DNA of 64,000 nucleotides from Candidatus Eiseniibacteriota bacterium (GTDB lineage Bacteria; Eisenbacteria; RBG-16-71-46): NCBI GenBank assembly GCA_963717505.1, contig OY970342.1, positions 3,904,001 to 3,968,000 of the forward strand, read 5' to 3'. Shown piece by piece: positions 63,204 to 64,000 of this stretch (position 1 is its first letter; each line of letters starts with the position of its first letter). The notes under the pieces were generated by a model. It saw only the letters and a program-made list of their open reading frames with translations, ran no database searches and was not told where the DNA came from. The position numbers and the translations under genes were made by a program.

Positions 63204-64000
63204 ATGCGCGCGTACCGGTTCGATCACCTCGACGACACGCGGCTGCTCCGCCTCCTGGCCGAATTGATCGACGAGAGTCGCGAGAACACTGCCCAGACCA
63301 TTGCCGTCATCGCCGAGGTCGATCGGCGCCGGCTCTACCTGCCCGCCGGCTACTCGTCGATGAAGGCCTATTGCATCGAGGCGCTCGGGCTGTCCGAGGA
63401 CGCCGCCTTCAAGCGGATTCAGGTGGCACGGGAGATCGATGAGTTTCCCGTCCTGCTCGAGATGCTGGCCGAGGGCAGGCTGCACCTGACCGGGGCTCGG
63501 ATGGTCGTCCCTCATCTCACGTCCGAGAACGCCGGCCAGCTGCTCGAGGCGGTCACCCACAAGTCCTGCTCCGAAATCCAGCGACTGCTGACGGAGTCCT
63601 TTCCGGAACCGGACCTGCTGACGGTCTCTCAGCCCGCCACCGGCGAGACGCAACTTGCCGCGCGGCAAGTCGAAGTCGAGACCGGGGTGGTGGGTGGCGA
63701 CCCGCCGACGTCACAGGCAGAGCCTGCCTCGACCCAGGACCAACTTGCCGCGCGGCAAGTTGCGACCTCTACAACCAAGAACCTGTCGCCCCGGCGGATC
63801 CCTCTCAATCTGCTTCCGGAGACCCACGACAAGATTCGCTATGCGAAGGAGTTGCTGGGCCACGAGCTACCGTCCGGAGACGACGCACTCGTGGTGGAAC
63901 GCGCGATGGCTGAAATGATCCAAAGAGCCGAAAAGCGAAAGCTCCGGCCTGGGTCGCCGCGAACCCGCTTGCATAGCCCGTCAACCAACCCGCGGCACAT
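63204..64000 (+). CDS. DUF222-like protein, usually ending in an HNH endonuclease (runs off window; not in ORF track)
   Basis: MRAYRFDHLDD..LL..L......IAEVDRRRLYLPAGYSSM.AYC...LGLSEDAA.KRI..AR....FP.L...LAEGRLHL. Confidence 0.78.
   Translation, partial: MRAYRFDHLDDTRLLRLLAELIDESRENTAQTIAVIAEVDRRRLYLPAGYSSMKAYCIEALGLSEDAAFKRIQVAREIDEFPVLLEMLAEGRLHLTGARMVVPHLTSENAGQLLEAVTHKSCSEIQRLLTESFPEPDLLTVSQPATGETQLAARQVEVETGVVGGDPPTSQAEPASTQDQLAARQVATSTTKNLSPRRIPLNLLPETHDKIRYAKELLGHELPSGDDALVVERAMAEMIQRAEKRKLRPGSPRTRLHSPSTNPRH
63651..63762. repeat. Two copies of palindrome CAACTTGCCGCGCGGCAAGT, 90 bp apart, in frame (QLAARQV)
   Basis: 63651-63670 and 63741-63762 (second is a perfect 22-bp palindrome). 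Confidence 0.9.

Noticed and set aside
63651-63762. CRISPR array
   Set aside because: Only two repeats, 70-bp spacer, inside a coding frame, no cas genes

Overview
High-GC bacterial chromosome segment. Gene content and protein families (FlgD-Ig/T9SS-like C-terminal domains, DUF222-type HNH gene) suggest Ca. Eisenbacteria or an FCB-related lineage; this is inference only. Most of the window is housekeeping: sensor kinase, PpiD/SurA, folB-folK-dnk-panB-panC-glmU(N)-hit-lytR-tatA, an RND pair, dapE-dapC-dapD, groEL paralog, coaX-tatC-birA-nadC-uvrB and a surface-glycosylation cluster. Three blocks carry dense frameshifts that look like long-read errors. The main discovery candidate is a ~12 kb island (17670-29715) between dapD and an aminotransferase. 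It encodes a catalytic-domain-only (FimB/FimE-like) tyrosine recombinase, a Cys-rich Ig-repeat lipoprotein, a secreted teneurin-like RHS toxin with one in-frame TAA plus a coupled immunity candidate, and a secreted repeat protein. Just upstream of the recombinase are two 28-bp 11-6-11 sites with shared palindromic arms (ACTGCACC...GGTGC) and mutually inverted 6-bp cores (TAGCGA/TCGCTA). The same arm occurs at both island ends, suggesting an invertible switch and/or a tandem cassette array. A second candidate is a DUF222-type gene at the right edge with in-frame perfect palindromic repeats and an upstream three-way-junction structure. No tRNA, rRNA or CRISPR array was seen.
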